Below, one piece after another: positions 35,646 through 38,269 of a stretch of 38,269 nt of DNA. The stretch's first letter is position 1. Every line of letters begins with the position of its first letter. The position numbers and the translations under genes were made by a program. Under the pieces are notes generated by a model. The model did no database searches and had not been told where the DNA came from. It saw nothing but the letters and a program-made list of their open reading frames with translations. Source of the stretch: a virus (taxonomy: Duplodnaviria > Caudoviricetes); IMG/VR virus record IMGVR_UViG_3300020042_012023, positions 1-38,269 of that record. One strand, 5' to 3'.

Positions 35646-37052
35646 ATGCAGCAAGCAGTGAGCGAAAGAGATTTGAGAAATGCCCTTTGGAGTCGCGGCG
35701 AGCTCGCATACAAGCTTGATTCGCTCCAAAGACGTATATCGCAGACCGTCCGAGAGAATGCCCACTCTCGGAAGGTCTGCATCCTTTCGTCTCGGCAAAT
35801 CGGCAAGACCTATTGGGCTTGTGTTTTTGCCTTAGAATATTTGTTGAAGAATCCAAAGAAAATTGCGCGAGTTATTGCACCCACTTTTAAACAGTGCCAA
35901 GACTTGGTCAATGACAACCTGAGCGTGATCCTTGCAGACTCCCCAGAAGGCCTACTTAGACGAGCTAAGACCGAATATCGATACAACCTATTCAATGGGT
36001 CGTCGCTTCGCTTAGGAGCCCTGGAGAGGGCGTATGTAGACGGCAATCGAGGAGGCAATGCATCACTGATCATCTATGAAGAATGCGGATTTGTGACTTC
36101 GGATGATTTTAATTATGGTGTAGACTCGGTCATGGGTCCCCAGCTCCTCCGCTCCCAAGGAATGGAAATTTTCGTCTCCAGCCCTTCCGAAGAACCTGAT
36201 CACCCACTTCACACGCGGGTTCTTCCTGAAGCAGACATGTTGGGGACCCTATTTCAATACACGGTATACGATTCGCCTAGTATCTCCGAGATTATGATTG
36301 ATGAAGCGGCGAGGAGATGCGGGGGGAAGCATACCGACGCGTTTAAGAGAGAATACCTAGCTCAGATAATCAGGGTCATGTCGAAAGTCATTATCCCTGG
36401 ATTTAATCCTGCTAAACATGTGAAAGAGTTTGACCTACCCACCCCTGCTCACATTCAGTTAACAGCCGACTGGGGGGGGACCAGAGACATGACTGTTGCT
36501 CTAGTCCATACCTACGATTTTATCCACAATCGGCTACTTATATGGGATGAAAAGGCCTTCCCCCCGAATACACCAAGCGTGCATATAAAGAAGGACCTGG
36601 ATACCTGGAACCATGTCTGGTTTTCAAAGCATGCTGACGTAGCTGGACAAACTCTTATCGACCTGTATGAGCTAGGCACCGAGTTTACGACCCCACCTAA
36701 GTCAGACTGGTTAGCTACAGTGCAATCAATGTCAAACCTCTTTGAGATGGACCAAATCTGGATCCACCCAAGGTGTAAATTCCTAATCCAGTCCTGTAGA
36801 GCCGGGGTCTTTAACAAAAATCGAACGGATTTTGAAAGACTTCCCGAGATTGGCCATTGTGATGCGTTAGCGGCTTTGATGTATGCTAACAGGGTCCAAG
36901 AAAGGTCCAATCCTTACCAACGTGACGACTTGGTTAATAACGAAAAGATATTTATTTGGAACCACAAAAAAGAGAGTGAGCAGGTGACCCTGGAGTCCAT
37001 GATACCTGCCAATAAATTCCCTGGACCTACTCGATTTGGAAAGTTTAGATAA
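35646..37052 (+). CDS. terL: Terminase large subunit
   Basis: SRQIGKT Walker A, VIAPT, LIIYEECG Walker B variant, VSSP coupling motif, F.REYLA, nuclease ADWGGTRD and HCDALAAL.YA. Confidence 0.93.
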   Translation: MQQAVSERDLRNALWSRGELAYKLDSLQRRISQTVRENAHSRKVCILSSRQIGKTYWACVFALEYLLKNPKKIARVIAPTFKQCQDLVNDNLSVILADSPEGLLRRAKTEYRYNLFNGSSLRLGALERAYVDGNRGGNASLIIYEECGFVTSDDFNYGVDSVMGPQLLRSQGMEIFVSSPSEEPDHPLHTRVLPEADMLGTLFQYTVYDSPSISEIMIDEAARRCGGKHTDAFKREYLAQIIRVMSKVIIPGFNPAKHVKEFDLPTPAHIQLTADWGGTRDMTVALVHTYDFIHNRLLIWDEKAFPPNTPSVHIKKDLDTWNHVWFSKHADVAGQTLIDLYELGTEFTTPPKSDWLATVQSMSNLFEMDQIWIHPRCKFLIQSCRAGVFNKNRTDFERLPEIGHCDALAALMYANRVQERSNPYQRDDLVNNEKIFIWNHKKESEQVTLESMIPANKFPGPTRFGKFR

Positions 37053-37435
37053 TGGCAAAAATCACAATTAGTCGGATCTTTGAGACAGCTAGAGCATTGT
37101 CAACCGATGCAGGGACTCAGCTACAGGATTTTATCCAGTTCCAAGCCTCGTTTGCTGAAATCACAATTAGGGCTTTGCGCAATGGCCTAACTGATGAAGA
37201 CAACACCGACTGTCAGGTTAGGACTGTGGATCTAACGGACAATGTCCCCTTGGTGCTCGGAGTCGAAAAGAAAAGGGCGAGGGAAGTGAGGGTTCGTAGG
37301 GTCGTGAGCTCGACGACCGCCTTGTCGGCTCCCTTGGCATGGGGGTTTGCAAATAACGGAGCCGTGACTATGACTGCAAAGTTTTCTCCAGCACCGACTG
37401 CGCCGGTCACCGTGGAAATAATAATACTTTACTAA
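37052..37435 (+). CDS. Hypothetical, probably virion-associated protein
   Basis: 127 aa coupled to terL; helical N-half, beta C-half. Confidence 0.55.
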   Translation: MAKITISRIFETARALSTDAGTQLQDFIQFQASFAEITIRALRNGLTDEDNTDCQVRTVDLTDNVPLVLGVEKKRAREVRVRRVVSSTTALSAPLAWGFANNGAVTMTAKFSPAPTAPVTVEIIILY

Positions 37436-37494
37436 ATCGCAAACTTAGTCGTATAGTTTTCGGTAACTCCAACCAATTGGCGAGGCCAAAAACT

Positions 37495-38269
37495 ATGACC
37501 GAATCTGCACTAGGCAGTGGTGGTGCGTCCGACGTTGTATCGACCCCCCAAGCTGAACCTGTAGCTCCTCCTCCATCTCGTTTCCGCGTCCCTGTCGACG
37601 GTGAGGAGTTGGAAGTGGACCTGGAAGAACTAAAGCGCGGCTACTCCCATGGGAGGGCGGCGTCTAAGCGCATGCAGGAAGCTGCGGCAATCCGTAAGGC
37701 TGAGGAGGCCAGGAAAGAGCGAGCCTCTAAAGGGGACTTCTCATGGCTCCAGGAGTATGGGGTCCCTAAGAATGATGTGCTCAAGTGGGCAGAAAAGGAG
37801 CTCCTGGAGCTCATAGAGTTTGAAGCCTTGCCGGAACCTGAGAAAAACTACAGGACTGAAAAGCAAAAGAGAGAGGCTTTAGAAAAACAACTTGAAGAGT
37901 TATCGGCTAAAGAGCGTGCCCAAGTAGAACAGCAAATAGCCGATAAAGCCTTTAGCGAAATTGACGACGAGATAGCGAAGGCATTAGAATCTTACAAGGG
38001 TAAAAAAACACCAAGACTTATACGCCGCGTCGCCGAAGCCATGTATGCCAACCTGGAGAAAAACCAGGAGCCACTTCCAAGCACCAAAGCGTTAGAGCGA
38101 GCGAAAGCAGGTTTGAGCGAGGACATTCAGGAATATCTGAACACGTCCACGCCGCAAGATGTGATTAAGCTTTTCAGTAAAGAACAGATGGCCGCTCTTA
38201 GGAAACACTTTGTTGCGGAAGCACAAGAAGGAAACCCCTTCACTCGCCAAGCCTCAGCGAAGCCTGGAA
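37495..38269 (+). CDS. Capsid scaffolding protein, 5' part (continues across the junction to 198; ~283 aa total; missing from the ORF track)
   Basis: Hand translation from ATG 37495 gives MTESALGSGG...RFRVPVDGEELEVDLEELKRGYSHG... with no stop to the end, in the same frame as 13..198. VDGEExEVxLEELxxGY plus a charged coiled coil upstream of the capsid gene is typical of podovirus scaffolds. Confidence 0.8.
   Translation, partial: MTESALGSGGASDVVSTPQAEPVAPPPSRFRVPVDGEELEVDLEELKRGYSHGRAASKRMQEAAAIRKAEEARKERASKGDFSWLQEYGVPKNDVLKWAEKELLELIEFEALPEPEKNYRTEKQKREALEKQLEELSAKERAQVEQQIADKAFSEIDDEIAKALESYKGKKTPRLIRRVAEAMYANLEKNQEPLPSTKALERAKAGLSEDIQEYLNTSTPQDVIKLFSKEQMAALRKHFVAEAQEGNPFTRQASAKPG
38149..38269. 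repeat. Terminal direct repeat, copy 2 (circular assembly overlap)
   Basis: Exact copy of 1-121. It lies inside an ORF that stays in frame across the junction, so it is more likely an assembler overlap than a physical terminal repeat. Confidence 0.97.

Larger units (their letters stand above)
1..38148. mobile_element. Complete tailed bacteriophage genome, podovirus-like, apparently lytic
   Basis: Circular overlap; terminase, portal, capsid, tail, lysis and replication genes present; no long-tail genes, integrase or repressor recognised. Confidence 0.92.

Noticed and set aside
1-38148. Alternative genetic code or stop-codon reassignment
   Set aside because: Standard-code ORFs tile the genome densely, and TAA, TAG and TGA all end genes with tight start/stop overlaps.

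Overview
The window is a complete, circularly assembled tailed-phage genome of 38,148 bp: bases 1-121 recur exactly at 38149-38269, and one ORF reads through the junction. The architecture is podovirus-like (no tape measure, tube or sheath recognised). The + strand virion module runs terL, scaffold, major capsid, tail fibre, adaptor, nozzle, portal, four ejection-type proteins, a cluster of small beta-rich structural paralogues and an M15 endolysin. The replication/recombination region has ERF, Gp157, a RuvC-like resolvase, an AEP primase and a P-loop helicase-like ATPase, followed directly by an inverted iteron array (probable origin). I recognised no integrase, repressor, DNA or RNA polymerase, tRNA or CRISPR. 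The most unusual signals are: (1) a roughly 5-6-fold genome-wide excess of the hexamer CTGGAG/CTCCAG (hand count); (2) a cysteine-free radical-SAM-like domain inside a ~670-aa protein; (3) two tandem secreted CAP/SCP proteins; (4) a lone antisense GT-A glycosyltransferase-like gene head-to-head with terL; (5) a sigma54-type promoter with upstream palindromes; (6) several unannotated membrane micro-ORFs. All functional calls come from motif recognition by eye; no database search was run.
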